A DNA stretch of 64,000 bases from Phormidesmis sp. (GTDB lineage: Bacteria > Cyanobacteriota > Cyanobacteriia > Leptolyngbyales > Leptolyngbyaceae): positions 1,632,001 through 1,696,000 of the forward strand of contig CBDFJR010000005.1 of NCBI GenBank assembly GCA_965248535.1. The letters are read 5' to 3'. This document shows positions 32,116 through 42,376 of the stretch, one piece after another. Both the position numbers and the translations under genes were made by a program. The stretch's first letter is position 1; every line of letters begins with the position of its first letter. The notes below the pieces were generated by a model. It saw nothing but the letters and a program-made list of their open reading frames with translations, searched no databases and was not told the origin of the DNA.

Positions 32116-33315
32116 TTAGGATCGGGGACTCAGCAAAATTAGCTGCTGCTGTTGCAGCGATCGCACATTCTCCAATTCCAACGGTGCGTCCAATAGCAGA
32201 TCCACGATCGGGCGCTGGGTCTTCTGATTAGCCTCACAAGCTTGCATAAATTTAAACTCTGGCTCTGTCAGATTCACAATCTGGTAGTCATAGTTAAACA
32301 GACAGCGACTCTCCCAACCATCCATGCAGGGGCTACGCTCAGGAATCGCATTGAGCAGCGCTTCATCCGATGACCAATCCGCTAAAGGCAACTCGCCGCG
32401 ACCTAAAAAGAATTCGTAGTGAGTGACGGTGGAGGGATCGAGTAACTCGATCAAGCGGTAGCGTTGGCGATCGCTCAAGCCTTTTGCCCGTTCAACGAGA
32501 TCTGGATTTTTGCCCAACAAGCGATCGAGCGTCCACTGGCGCGGATTAGAGAAACCCAAAAACTTCAGCCCAGACGCATCAATGAGTTGAAACAGCGTCT
32601 CAATGTTGTAGTCAATCTCTTGAGGATGGACATACATATCGGCAAAACATTCATCGCGCTGATTTTCCATTGACCAGCGTTCTTTTTCGCGCTGCACCAG
32701 CCGATTATTTTCGGGCAATGTCTCAAAAATCTGACGACCAACGCTTACACCATCGCGATAGTCGCCTTTTTGCTTGCCTTGCAGGAGGGCGATCGCTTGC
32801 TGCATTAGCCCAATTTCCCACCGCCCCAACTCTGCATAGACGAAGACGTGCATAATCCCGCCAGGGGCGAGTTTAGTGGCGAGAGATTGAACGCCGCGAA
32901 TCGGATCGGGCAAGTGATGCAGCACCCCGACGCAGTTGATCAAATCAAATTTGCCGGGCAGTTGATCGGCATCATAGATGCTGAGGTGATGAAATTCTGC
33001 CCGATCGTTGACCGATCGCTGACAGCGCTCACGAGCGATCGTCAACGCCCCTGAACTCAAGTCAATGCCCGTCACCTGAGCGTGAGGATTGAGATGCACC
33101 AGATATTCGGTGCCGCAGCCCGTGCCGCAGCCCGCGTCTAAAATGCGAATATCGTGCCGTTTGGGTTTTTGTCCGGTGCAAAAATTGTAGGCTGCTGGCC
33201 AGTTCCAGCGCCAGTTATAGCCCGGCGGTGGCTCGTCGAGCAACGGCTCTGGCGGAAACGGATAGGTGTTATAAAGCGCTGCAACCGCCGCACTAATCGC
33301 TTGTGGATCTGGCAT
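32116..33315 (-). CDS. class I SAM-dependent methyltransferase
   Basis: ILDAGCGTG, GVLHHLPDP, DMYVHPQE. Confidence 0.92.
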   Translation of the reverse strand: MPDPQAISAAVAALYNTYPFPPEPLLDEPPPGYNWRWNWPAAYNFCTGQKPKRHDIRILDAGCGTGCGTEYLVHLNPHAQVTGIDLSSGALTIARERCQRSVNDRAEFHHLSIYDADQLPGKFDLINCVGVLHHLPDPIRGVQSLATKLAPGGIMHVFVYAELGRWEIGLMQQAIALLQGKQKGDYRDGVSVGRQIFETLPENNRLVQREKERWSMENQRDECFADMYVHPQEIDYNIETLFQLIDASGLKFLGFSNPRQWTLDRLLGKNPDLVERAKGLSDRQRYRLIELLDPSTVTHYEFFLGRGELPLADWSSDEALLNAIPERSPCMDGWESRCLFNYDYQIVNLTEPEFKFMQACEANQKTQRPIVDLLLDAPLELENVRSLQQQQLILLSPRS

Positions 33316-33451
33316 GACACATCAAAATGACAGTAGCTTAGAAATCTAGTGTCTCATTGCTAGAGCCGTGACGTTAGACAGATTGTTGCTAAATGCTTTA
33401 AGAAGCGTTAAGTTGTACGAAGAAATATATCTTTAGAGTGAGACAACCATC

Positions 33452-33595
33452 ATGGAAAAGCAAGAAGGCAAGATCGGCTTTACCAAGTTTGCTGAGTCTT
33501 GGAACGGTCGTCTAGCCATGCTAGGCATCGCGATCGGGTTCGCCACCGAGCTAATGACGGGCAAAGGCATCTTAGAGCAACTCGGTTTGATGTAA
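33452..33595 (+). CDS. high light-inducible protein (Hli/SCP, HliC-like, 47 aa); not in ORF track
   Basis: MEKQEGKIGFTKFAESWNGRLAMLGIAIGFATELMTGKGILEQLGLM, ExxNGRLAM chlorophyll-binding motif. Confidence 0.95.
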   Translation: MEKQEGKIGFTKFAESWNGRLAMLGIAIGFATELMTGKGILEQLGLM

Positions 33596-33626
33596 TTCTC
33601 ACAACTCATTTGATTAGAACCATTTG

Positions 33627-33660
33627 CCTGGAGGTCGTTGAAGAACCCTCCAGGTTTTTT
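33627..33660 (+). terminator. intrinsic terminator after hli
   Basis: CCTGGAGG-loop-CCTCCAGG-TTTTTT. Confidence 0.8.
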
Positions 33661-33669
33661 AATGAAGAC

Positions 33670-35058
33670 TCAAAACTCAACGTTCAAAGGGGTTCTAGGA
33701 AAGGGGATCACATCGCGGATGTTGCCCATTCCGGTCATGAACTGCACTAGGCGCTCAAATCCTAGCCCAAATCCTGCGTGGGGCACGGTGCCATAGCGTC
33801 GCAAATCTAGATACCACCAATAGTCTTTCAAGTCTAACCCTTGGGCTTGAATGCGGCGTTCTAAAACGTCAAGCCGCTCTTCTCGCTGGGAACCGCCGAT
33901 AATTTCGCCAATCTTGGGAGCGAGAATATCCATTGCCCGAACCGTTTTTTCGTCTTCATTCAGCCGCATATAAAAAGCTTTGATTTGAGTTGGATAGTCC
34001 GTCACAATCACAGGCTTTTTAAACAGTTCTTCGGCTAAGAATCGCTCATGTTCAGATTGCAGATCTAAGCCCCACTCGACGGGATATTCAAAGGTACGAT
34101 CGCTCTTCAGCAAAAGCTCGACCGCCTTCGTGTAGGTAACCCGCTCAAACTCATTCTGAATAATGTTTTCGGCAGTTATGAGAACGGAGTTATCGATACG
34201 ATCGTTAAAGAACTGCATATCTTCAGGGCACTTTTCTAACACATAAGAAAAAATGTATTTGAGAAATGCCTCGGCTAAATTCATGTCGCCTTCAAGGTCG
34301 CAAAACGCCATTTCTGGCTCAACCATCCAAAACTCTGCCAGGTGGCGCGACGTGTTAGAATTCTCAGCCCGAAACGTCGGCCCAAACGTGTAGACATTGC
34401 TGAAAGCCGTGGCCATAATTTCGGCTTCTAGCTGTCCGCTCACGGTCAGATAAGTGGGTTTTCCAAAAAAGTCTTTGCTATAGTCAACCGACTGATTTTC
34501 GGTCAACGGAACCTTCTTAAGATCCAAACTAGTGACGGCAAACATTTCACCTGCTCCCTCGCAGTCGCTGGCCGTCAGAATGGGCGTGTGCACCCAGATA
34601 AACCCCTGTTCTTGAAAGAATTGGTGAATCGCCATCGAGCAAGCATTGCGAACTCTAAAGACGGCTCCTAGGGTGTTGGTGCGCGATCGCAGATGCCCAA
34701 TCTCTCGCAAAAACTCAAACGAGTGGCGTTTCTTTTGCAGGGGATAGGTTTCGGGATCAGCTTCCCCATAGACCGTGACGGCATCTGCTTTGACTTCAAT
34801 GCGCTGCCCTTTGCCCAGAGACGGCACCAAAACCCCTGACACCTCCACCGATGCCCCAGTGCTGAGTTGTTTGATCGCCGACTCATAGCCAGGCAGGTCA
34901 GCATTCATCACCACTTGCAGCCCTGCCATCGACGAGCCATCGTTGACTTCAATAAACGAAAAGCCTTTTTGCTCTCGCTTAGTGCGAACCCAGCCTTTGA
35001 TGATGACTGACTCGTCAGGGTGTCCGTTACGCAGCAGTTCTGAGATCCGTCGTGTCAT
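33670..35058 (-). CDS. asnS: asparagine--tRNA ligase
   Basis: [33 protein letters not shown]. Confidence 0.98.
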   Translation of the reverse strand: MTRRISELLRNGHPDESVIIKGWVRTKREQKGFSFIEVNDGSSMAGLQVVMNADLPGYESAIKQLSTGASVEVSGVLVPSLGKGQRIEVKADAVTVYGEADPETYPLQKKRHSFEFLREIGHLRSRTNTLGAVFRVRNACSMAIHQFFQEQGFIWVHTPILTASDCEGAGEMFAVTSLDLKKVPLTENQSVDYSKDFFGKPTYLTVSGQLEAEIMATAFSNVYTFGPTFRAENSNTSRHLAEFWMVEPEMAFCDLEGDMNLAEAFLKYIFSYVLEKCPEDMQFFNDRIDNSVLITAENIIQNEFERVTYTKAVELLLKSDRTFEYPVEWGLDLQSEHERFLAEELFKKPVIVTDYPTQIKAFYMRLNEDEKTVRAMDILAPKIGEIIGGSQREERLDVLERRIQAQGLDLKDYWWYLDLRRYGTVPHAGFGLGFERLVQFMTGMGNIRDVIPFPRTPLNVEF

Positions 35059-35065
35059 GGGGAGG

Positions 35066-35500
35066 TTAGGGGGCTAGGGTTTGAGGGGCGGGGCTAGGGG
35101 GGGTGGGAGCCGGATTCTTGAGGGTGTAAAAGGCAAGCGACCAGCCGACCACGATGCCCAGTCCGCTAAATCGAACGGCTTGCCAGAAAACGTCTTTAAA
35201 GCCAGCCCATGAAAATAAGCGGCTTTCTAGATTGAATTCCAGTTCGTCTAGCTGCTTTTCGAGCTTCTGTAATTCTAATTTAAGGCTAGAAGATTTGCTT
35301 TGGCGTAGCTGCGATCGTAGCGTCTGCGATCGCGCTTCTAAATCCTGTTGAAGTGTCTGATCATGCTCGATTTGGGCATATCGGTCTTTGAGGTCTTGCA
35401 GCGATCGCTCCACTTGCTCAAGCGTTTGCTCAAAGGTTAGCTCTGAGTCGTCAGCGTTGGGACGGGTCGATAAGCGATCGGGGTCGTGGGATGGCGGCAT
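35066..35500 (-). CDS. coiled-coil membrane-anchored hypothetical protein
   Basis: LESRLFSW...FWQAVRF.GLG motif. Confidence 0.82.
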   Translation of the reverse strand: MPPSHDPDRLSTRPNADDSELTFEQTLEQVERSLQDLKDRYAQIEHDQTLQQDLEARSQTLRSQLRQSKSSSLKLELQKLEKQLDELEFNLESRLFSWAGFKDVFWQAVRFSGLGIVVGWSLAFYTLKNPAPTPPSPAPQTLAP

Positions 35501-35585
35501 TCAAGCGTAGTAAAGTAAAGAGGACGGGTAGACCGATTCATTTTACCCATTCCTTTCAAGCCGTGTTCTATGCCGGATTTTGTAA

Positions 35586-35885
35586 ATGACTCCATCTCAG
35601 ACAGAAGCCTCTAACCCAGCCGCTACGCGCCAGCTTTCTGAGTTTAGTGCGCTTGAGTTGGCGCAGGCATTGACCGAAAAGTTGAGCATTAACGATCGCG
35701 ATTGGCATCGACTCAAATCAAATCGGCTGGCGCGATCACGAGAACAGGCAGCCGTCGCGCTAATTTTCTTGCTAAAAGAACAGCCCGAAGAAGCGATTTT
35801 GCGACTCCAGCAGGCAGCCGGATGGTTAGATCAATCCATTTCTGCCCCACCTTGCGAACATCACGGTTCTAAAAAGCAGGGCTAG
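35586..35885 (+). CDS. DUF6439-like protein
   Basis: DWHRLKSNR, GWLD..ISAPPC..HG. Confidence 0.8.
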   Translation: MTPSQTEASNPAATRQLSEFSALELAQALTEKLSINDRDWHRLKSNRLARSREQAAVALIFLLKEQPEEAILRLQQAAGWLDQSISAPPCEHHGSKKQG

Positions 35886-36185
35886 ATTCCTGACGGGAAC
35901 TACTTGTTCGCTTTAGCCTTGTAGTTGTCTTGAAAGTTAGTTTTGCAATATAGCCCTTCTAGCTGGGCAGAGATTTGCAAGACTGTTTCGGCAGGAGACG
36001 TGGTGACGGCTTGCGCGATCGGTTGACAAAGCAGGGTAAAAAGGCAAGAACACCCCGCTAATAAAAGTAGCTCTAATTTCTTGGTTTGCATGATTCTGTG
36101 TGAAATGATCCCTTTGCAGTCAGGGGCGTTGGTGGTGCTTTGCCAAGATAACAAAGTTTTGAGTAACTCTGACAAACCGATAGAA

Positions 36186-37106
36186 TTAGCCCAAAATTTC
36201 TTCTAGAGCGGGTTTGATGGTGGGATATTGATAGTCAAATCCATCAGATAGCGTGTGTTTGGGCAACACTTCTTGACCTTCGAGCACGACTTTAGCGCCA
36301 TCGCCCAACATCGCTTCTAGGGCAAAACTGGGCACCGGGAGCCACGAAGGACGATTCATCACTTGTCCCAATACGGTGGTCATTTCCGCCATGCGAACGG
36401 GTTTTGGAGCGGTGGCATTAAAAACGCCTTCCATCTGCGATCGCGTCAAGGCGCGCAAAATCAGACTCACCAAATCCTCTCGATGAATCCAGGAAAACCA
36501 CTGGTTGCCGCTGCCGATCGGGCCGCCTGCAAACATCTTAAAGGGTGTCAGCATTTTGCCGAGGGCACCACCCATGCCCAAGACAATTCCCAGCCTCAAG
36601 ATCACTAAGCGAACGCCGCTTTCTTTAACCTTGCTGGCTTCGGCTTCCCAAACTTGACAAATCTCGGCGAGAAAATCGCCGCCCGCCGGACTGGTTTCGT
36701 CAAAGGTGGCGGTCTCGCTGGTGCCATAAAACCCGATCGCCGACGCATTCACCAACACAGTCGGTCTAGGATTGGCTTTAGCAATGGCTTCGACCAGCTT
36801 TTGAGTCGTGATTTTGCGACTGTTCATTAACGATTGCTTGCGCTCTGGAGTCCACCGAGATTCGGCGATCGCTTCACCTGCCAGATTCACAACACCATCG
36901 CAGCCTGGGATCTGGTCTTGCCACGCGCCAGACTCTAGAGGATTGTAGGTCACAATTTCTAACTGGGGGTAGGCAGACTTTGGGAAACGCTGTTCTGCTT
37001 TTGGGGCGCTGCGAGTGAAGATGACCACTTGATGCCCTTCAGCCGTCAAGCGATCGACTAAACGACTGCCTACAAACCCGGTTGCCCCTGTGACTGCGAC
37101 TTTCAT
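36186..37106 (-). CDS. TIGR01777 family NAD-dependent epimerase-like protein (ThyD-like)
   Basis: TGATGFVG, VVNLAGE, ASAIGFYG, GGPIGSGNQWFSWIH. Confidence 0.93.
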   Translation of the reverse strand: MKVAVTGATGFVGSRLVDRLTAEGHQVVIFTRSAPKAEQRFPKSAYPQLEIVTYNPLESGAWQDQIPGCDGVVNLAGEAIAESRWTPERKQSLMNSRKITTQKLVEAIAKANPRPTVLVNASAIGFYGTSETATFDETSPAGGDFLAEICQVWEAEASKVKESGVRLVILRLGIVLGMGGALGKMLTPFKMFAGGPIGSGNQWFSWIHREDLVSLILRALTRSQMEGVFNATAPKPVRMAEMTTVLGQVMNRPSWLPVPSFALEAMLGDGAKVVLEGQEVLPKHTLSDGFDYQYPTIKPALEEILG

Positions 37107-37231
37107 TCCCGTTCTCCCTAATTGCAATCATTCGCCTGTAACTAGCGATTCATAAAACTTAAGATTAAGTATACAAGGGAGGGCTGGCGCTTAGAAAACT
37201 GAGTCATTAGAAATGTTAAGACATCTATAAC

Positions 37232-37264
37232 AAAAAGGTACAAACCGTTAAGTTTGCACCTTTT
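37232..37264. terminator. intrinsic terminator downstream of pirA
   Basis: AAAAAGGTACAAAC-loop-GTTTGCACCTTTT. Confidence 0.7.
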
Positions 37265-37308
37265 ACTAGATCCCAAACAAGAGCCAGATAAGACGGTCAG
37301 AACGTTGA

Positions 37309-37464
37309 CTACTTGATGTAGTTAGCCTCTGCTTCTAGCATCCGCAAAAGGTTTTCATCGCCTCTGTCTCTGGCGGCTTCTATCCGGCGCTGCAAGTTTT
37401 TTTGCAGATTTTCGCGGTGGGTGGCTGCGGTTTGTGTGGAGGGTTGATGACGATTTTTGTTCAT
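37309..37464 (-). CDS. pirA: PII-interacting regulator of arginine synthesis PirA (51 aa); not in ORF track
   Basis: MNKNRHQPSTQTAATHRENLQKNLQRRIEAARDRGDENLLRMLEAEANYIK matches PirA pattern H-R-x-N-L..L..R...AR..G...L...L..E; NtcA box upstream. Confidence 0.85.
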   Translation of the reverse strand: MNKNRHQPSTQTAATHRENLQKNLQRRIEAARDRGDENLLRMLEAEANYIK

Positions 37465-37534
37465 TGTGGACATTTCCAAAAAAATATCTGTGCTATCTAG
37501 TTATGCCCTAATCATAACATTAAAGAGTCAGACG

Positions 37535-37548
37535 GTAGCTTAGGATAC
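37535..37548. promoter_or_regulatory. NtcA binding site
   Basis: GTA-GCTTAGGA-TAC perfect GTA-N8-TAC; minus-strand -10 TATGAT at 37511-37516. Confidence 0.75.
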
Positions 37549-37581
37549 CAAAATTAATGATTAGAAATATAACAAATCTTT

Positions 37582-38364
37582 ATGATTGTGACGCTATTGA
37601 GTGATTTTGGCGTGAGCGATGTCTATGGGGCGGTGATGAAAGGGGCGATCGCTCAGATTAATTCTGCCCTCACCGTGATTGATCTAACCCATCAAGTTCC
37701 GCCTCAAGACATTGCGACGGCTCGGTTTCATTGGATGAATGCTTACCCCTATTTCCCGATCGGGACGGTGCACATAGCAGTGGTCGATCCAGGAGTGGGA
37801 AGTCAGCGCCGAGCGATCGCGATTCAGCTAGAGTCGGGATTTTTGGTCACGCCTGATAATGGTTTGGCGAGTGGGGTTCTCAGTCAATATGCGGCGATCG
37901 CGGCTGTTGAGTTGACCAATTCTATTTATTGGCGCACGTCTTTGCCCAGCGCCACCTTTCACGGCCGCGACATTTTTGCGCCCGTTGGGGCCCATCTAGC
38001 TAGCGGTGTGCCGCTTCCGGCAGTGGGAACTGAAATTGATCTGAGTACGATCGTGCAGTTGCCCATCCCTGATCTGGTGCGGATGGGAAGTAATCTTCAG
38101 GGAATCGTGCAAGCGATCGACCATTTTGGCAACTTGATCACCAACATTCCAGCAATCGAAGTGGCGGGCAAGGCTTGGAGCTTGCGAGTTGGGAGTGTGG
38201 CTTACCCCAGCAAAACCAGCTACTCAGAGGGCGAACCTAGAGAAATTTTGGCTTTGGTCGGCAGTCATGGCTGGGTTGAAATTGCAGCAAATCGAGCGAG
38301 TGCTCAAGCCGTTCTAAATTTGGAGTGGGGCAGCGTCGTCTCTGTGGAGATTGAGGAAGATTAG
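37582..38364 (+). CDS. SAM hydrolase/SAM-dependent halogenase (DUF62) family
   Basis: TLLSDFG, VVDPGVG, TFHGRDIFAP, IDHFGN. Confidence 0.92.
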   Translation: MIVTLLSDFGVSDVYGAVMKGAIAQINSALTVIDLTHQVPPQDIATARFHWMNAYPYFPIGTVHIAVVDPGVGSQRRAIAIQLESGFLVTPDNGLASGVLSQYAAIAAVELTNSIYWRTSLPSATFHGRDIFAPVGAHLASGVPLPAVGTEIDLSTIVQLPIPDLVRMGSNLQGIVQAIDHFGNLITNIPAIEVAGKAWSLRVGSVAYPSKTSYSEGEPREILALVGSHGWVEIAANRASAQAVLNLEWGSVVSVEIEED

Positions 38365-39173
38365 CGGCTCCCGATCGAGCTGACTAATGGCTCAAATACG
38401 GGCAACAAATCCGGTCGGCTGACCACTAAGGTCGGAAACGATCGCTGACTATAATTCTGTCCGATTTGGATGGGAAAGATCGGATCGGGTTCGAGAGGAT
38501 GCCAGACTGCGCCTGCTGCTTGCACGATCGCCCAGACTGCCGCGATATCCCAAATTTTTGGGGTGGCTTCGACTCCTCCCAGGGTTGCCCCAGCCGCAAC
38601 GGTCAAAAAACTATAGGTCGTCACTCCCAACATCCGAATCTTGGCAGGAATAGGATTTTTAAGCACTGAGATACTTCGAGCGCACACATTAAAGAAGTGA
38701 TTGCTCGTCAATGGATCTTGACTGGCGTGAATGGGCTTGCGATCAAGAAAGGCTCCGGTGGGCATCTCTAAACCGGATGAGCCTTGCCAAAACCCATGAA
38801 AGGATTGCCGCAATGGGGGAAAATGCACATATCCAAAGACCGGAGTGCCCTGATAGAGCAAGCCAAGCGAGATGCCCCAAAGCGGCAGACCTCTCGCAAA
38901 ATTGTTCGTGCCATCTAAGGGATCGACGACCCAACACCAATCTTGAGCGGGCAAAATATGTTCGGTTTCTTCCGTCAGAACGCCGTGAGCGGGGAAGGTG
39001 TGAGCGATCGCATCTCGTAGTTCCTGATCGGCCCAATGATCAGATTTAGTCACTAAACTCCCATCTGATTTTTCAGACGCTTTTGCCTGCCCATAATCCT
39101 GGAGAAGTTGTGCGCCGACTCGCTCAGTGGTCGTTTGAGTGAAGTCAAGGATTTCTGTCCAAAAGTCAGTCAT
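38361..39173 (-). CDS. inositol monophosphatase family protein
   Basis: WVVDPLDGTNNF, KIWDIAA. Confidence 0.9.
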   Translation of the reverse strand: MTDFWTEILDFTQTTTERVGAQLLQDYGQAKASEKSDGSLVTKSDHWADQELRDAIAHTFPAHGVLTEETEHILPAQDWCWVVDPLDGTNNFARGLPLWGISLGLLYQGTPVFGYVHFPPLRQSFHGFWQGSSGLEMPTGAFLDRKPIHASQDPLTSNHFFNVCARSISVLKNPIPAKIRMLGVTTYSFLTVAAGATLGGVEATPKIWDIAAVWAIVQAAGAVWHPLEPDPIFPIQIGQNYSQRSFPTLVVSRPDLLPVFEPLVSSIGSR

Positions 39174-39187
39174 TTACAAAGTCCACA

Positions 39188-40609
39188 TTAATCAAGTTCG
39201 GTTTCAAGGACGGCAGCGATCGCTGTTTCAGAGCTAGTTTTAAATTCTTGGACGTTGACTCGCGCCAGCAAGATCACCGCCAAGATCATACCCACTGCTT
39301 CACAAGCAAACACCAGGCTATAGGCCGGAAAGGGTTGTTGAAACAGCCGCCGACCCAAGTCAAGAATTGCGCCGCCTGCCAGGGTTGCGCTGGCTTGAGC
39401 TAAGGCTTGAGAGAGTCCCCAAGCGCCGACAAAGGTGCCTGCGGTTTCGGCAGCGGTGAGATCCAACATGAGACTGACGGCACTGTTGGTCATCACGCCC
39501 GACGCTAAACCAAACAAAACCACCGCACTTTTGAGCAAAATTTGGGTTTGGGTCGCGCCAGAAATAATCACTAACACAAAGCAAGCACTCGTGAACAGAC
39601 AGCCTAGTGCTGCCGTGCGCTGCTTGCCGAGGCGAGGCACAATCAAAAATCCACCGAGGCTCATTCCGGCGAGAACTCCATATCCCCAATATTTGTTGAG
39701 TCCGGCGCTTTCGGCGATCGTCATCCCAAACACTTCGCGAGCATAAGGCTCTAACACAGGCTGCTGTAGAAATAAACTAATCGTCATCACCAGCAAAAAC
39801 GTGAAAAAGATTCCCGTCTGGCGGCTGGCAGTCAGAACTTTAAAGGCTCTGCCTAAAGTAATTTGATCTTCTCGCTCGACCAGATGCGATCGCAAAGCAT
39901 AGCGAGAATATTTTTTCTCAATCCCAAACGTTGCCAGAAATGTGAGACCAATGACGGCGATCGGAAAAACTGTAAACAGACGATTTATGACAGGCTGCAA
40001 CGTGTTGGGGGTCAATCCGGTGAGCATTTTTTGCCCTACGATCGCGCCGATCACAATTCCCACCATCAGCATTGACCAGACAATGCCAACGACCTTCGAT
40101 CGCTGATCCTCGTCGGTGATATCCACCAGCAGCGCCATAAACGGAGTTGAACTCGCGCTGATGCACAGCCCATACATCCCAAACATCAAAGCGAGTAGTG
40201 CAGTCCAAGCTGTGCTTTGAGCCGTCCAGCCCAGAGCAGCGCTGGCACCGAGTTTCCAGACCACCTGCACCGCTAAAAATAGACAGATCGCCTGAAGCGT
40301 CATGCCGATCCAGACATAGCCCGTGCGATGATAGCCTCGAATCGGCTTTGAGTCAGACATCTGCCCAAACCAGATGCGAGCCGGAGACACAAATTGATAC
40401 ATGGCGATCGTGCCCGCAGCGATCGTGGCTGGCACCTTGAGTTCTGAGATCATCACCTGGTTAAGAACGCCCAGCGTCAGCAGTGACAACATCCCCAACC
40501 CCATCTGAAACAAGCCCAGCCGAAACATCGTGAATAAGCCCAGTTTAGGCAGAGACTTGACCTGCTCAGACGGCATCAAAGGTGGATCGGGAAAATCACG
40601 AGTCGTCAT
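39188..40609 (-). CDS. BCD family MFS transporter (PucC-like)
   Basis: RLGLFQ, LEPY, GTFVGAWG; about 12 TM helices. Confidence 0.92.
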   Translation of the reverse strand: MTTRDFPDPPLMPSEQVKSLPKLGLFTMFRLGLFQMGLGMLSLLTLGVLNQVMISELKVPATIAAGTIAMYQFVSPARIWFGQMSDSKPIRGYHRTGYVWIGMTLQAICLFLAVQVVWKLGASAALGWTAQSTAWTALLALMFGMYGLCISASSTPFMALLVDITDEDQRSKVVGIVWSMLMVGIVIGAIVGQKMLTGLTPNTLQPVINRLFTVFPIAVIGLTFLATFGIEKKYSRYALRSHLVEREDQITLGRAFKVLTASRQTGIFFTFLLVMTISLFLQQPVLEPYAREVFGMTIAESAGLNKYWGYGVLAGMSLGGFLIVPRLGKQRTAALGCLFTSACFVLVIISGATQTQILLKSAVVLFGLASGVMTNSAVSLMLDLTAAETAGTFVGAWGLSQALAQASATLAGGAILDLGRRLFQQPFPAYSLVFACEAVGMILAVILLARVNVQEFKTSSETAIAAVLETELD

Positions 40610-40776
40610 AGGTTTTTTAATAGATCGAGGTTATGACAGATCAGTGTCTCATTTTCAGGATAGAAGCGATCGGGCAGATTGAGAGGCGCATGAGGATTTG
40701 TAACAATTGGAGGACACGACCCTCGTGATGAATCGTTACACTAATAAACATTAAGCCCTCTAACAAAATCGGTTTT

Positions 40777-41727
40777 ATGGTTCAGTCCGTTTCTTTTGGC
40801 GCAAATCTGCCCGCAATTTCGCCCCTCGGCATCGGCACCTGGCAATGGGGCGATTCGTTGTTTTGGAGCTACGGCAAAGATTATGGCGAAGCTCAGGTGA
40901 AAGAAGCGTTTGATGCCGCGATCGCGTCTGGAGTCGATTTTTTTGATACCGCAGAAATCTATGGCTTGGGCGAGTCAGAAAAACTGTTGGGACGATTTTT
41001 AAAGCAGACCGATCGCCCCGTTCAAATCGCCACAAAATATATGCCACTACCTTGGCGATTTTCGGCAGAGTCAGTTCACGAAGCGGTGTCAGATAGCTTA
41101 AAACGACTCCAAATCGCGCAGATTTCGCTCTATCAAGTTCATATGCCCTTCGACTTTTTCATGAGCAAAAAAACCCTCATGGAGGCATTAGCTGAAGAAG
41201 TCAAGCGGGGACGAATTGCAGCGATCGGAGTTAGCAACTATTCAGCCGAGCAAATGCGCGAAGCCCACGGATACCTAGCCGCAAAAGGCGTTCCGTTAGC
41301 GGTGAATCAGGTTCGCCACTCGCTGATCACTCGTCAAATTGAGGCAAATGGAATTTTTAATACGGCTCGTGATTTGGGCGTAACTATCTTGGCCTACAGT
41401 CCATTAGCGCAGGGTTTGTTAACCGGAAAATATACCCCTGAGAATGCAGACTCGGTGACAGGCGCTCGAAAATTGGATAGTCGTTTTAGCCGTCAGGGGT
41501 TAGAAAAACTTGCTCCCGTTCTTAGCCTGCTGCGTGAAATTGGACAGAAGTATGACAAAACTTCTGCTCAAGTCGCTCTCAATTGGCTGATTACTCAGGG
41601 CAACGTGATCCCGATCCCCGGTGCTAAAAATGCTGATCAAGCTCGACAGAATGCAGGCGCTTTGGGCTGGTCACTTGATGCTGATGAGTTTGTAAAACTG
41701 GATTTAATGACCCGCGATCGCCGTTGA
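40777..41727 (+). CDS. aldo/keto reductase
   Basis: GIGTW, FDTAEIYG, GVSNY, AYSPLAQG, PIPGAK. Confidence 0.94.
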   Translation: MVQSVSFGANLPAISPLGIGTWQWGDSLFWSYGKDYGEAQVKEAFDAAIASGVDFFDTAEIYGLGESEKLLGRFLKQTDRPVQIATKYMPLPWRFSAESVHEAVSDSLKRLQIAQISLYQVHMPFDFFMSKKTLMEALAEEVKRGRIAAIGVSNYSAEQMREAHGYLAAKGVPLAVNQVRHSLITRQIEANGIFNTARDLGVTILAYSPLAQGLLTGKYTPENADSVTGARKLDSRFSRQGLEKLAPVLSLLREIGQKYDKTSAQVALNWLITQGNVIPIPGAKNADQARQNAGALGWSLDADEFVKLDLMTRDRR

Positions 41728-41915
41728 CAAATTCATCGTTGCTCAAAAACTAGGAGAATTCTCAGTAGATTCACTCAGCCTTTAAAGTTCAAAACTTATT
41801 AAGGTTTCAGCCCTCTTTACACTCTCTCTACACAAAAACTCCGGAACAGAGAGCGCTCAACCGGAATAGTAAGTCAAGAGAGCACAACCCTGATTATTGG
41901 CTGACGCAGGTGTCT

Positions 41916-42284
41916 ATGAGTGCAGTTTTAGTCGTTGACGATAGCACGATGGTTCGGGTAGTTCTGACGGAATGCCTGGAAAGCAGCGGATTTAAAGTGA
42001 TTGAAGCGATCGACGGACTGGAAGCGATCGCGCAGATTCAGACCCATCATCCTGATCTGGTGATCACGGATATCGTCATGCCCCGCATGAACGGCTACGA
42101 ACTGTGTCGCTGGATCAAGAGTGATCCCCAAGCAAAAGACATTCCTGTGATGATGTGCACCTCAAAAAACGAGGAGTTCGATCGCTATTGGGGCTTCAAA
42201 CAAGGAGCCGATGCCTACATCGCAAAACCCTATCACTCTCTAGAAATGGTTAATGCCGTCAAACATCTGCTAGCGATGGCGTAA
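41916..42284 (+). CDS. single-domain response regulator (CheY/PilH-like)
   Basis: VVDD, TDIVMPRMNG, GADAYIAKP. Confidence 0.93.
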   Translation: MSAVLVVDDSTMVRVVLTECLESSGFKVIEAIDGLEAIAQIQTHHPDLVITDIVMPRMNGYELCRWIKSDPQAKDIPVMMCTSKNEEFDRYWGFKQGADAYIAKPYHSLEMVNAVKHLLAMA

Positions 42285-42312
42285 CGCACGATCGTCACCT
42301 CCAAGTTCAAAC

Positions 42313-42345
42313 AAAAAAGCGGGTCAAGGCATCGCCCTAACCCAC
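42313..42345 (-). terminator. intrinsic terminator of crhR
   Basis: minus strand GTGGGTTAGGG-loop-CCTTGACCCGC-TTTTTT. Confidence 0.75.
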
Positions 42346-42376
42346 TCACTTTAACTATCGTTTGCTGCTATTCACA

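Noticed and set aside
33397..33414. HLR1 (RpaB) site upstream of hli
   Set aside because: TTTAAGAA-GC-GTTAAGTT is plausible by context but deviates too far from the consensus to call.
35900..36091. small exported protein MQTKKLELLLLAGC
   Set aside because: Signal-like N-terminus but no RBS or recognisable family; cannot support it.
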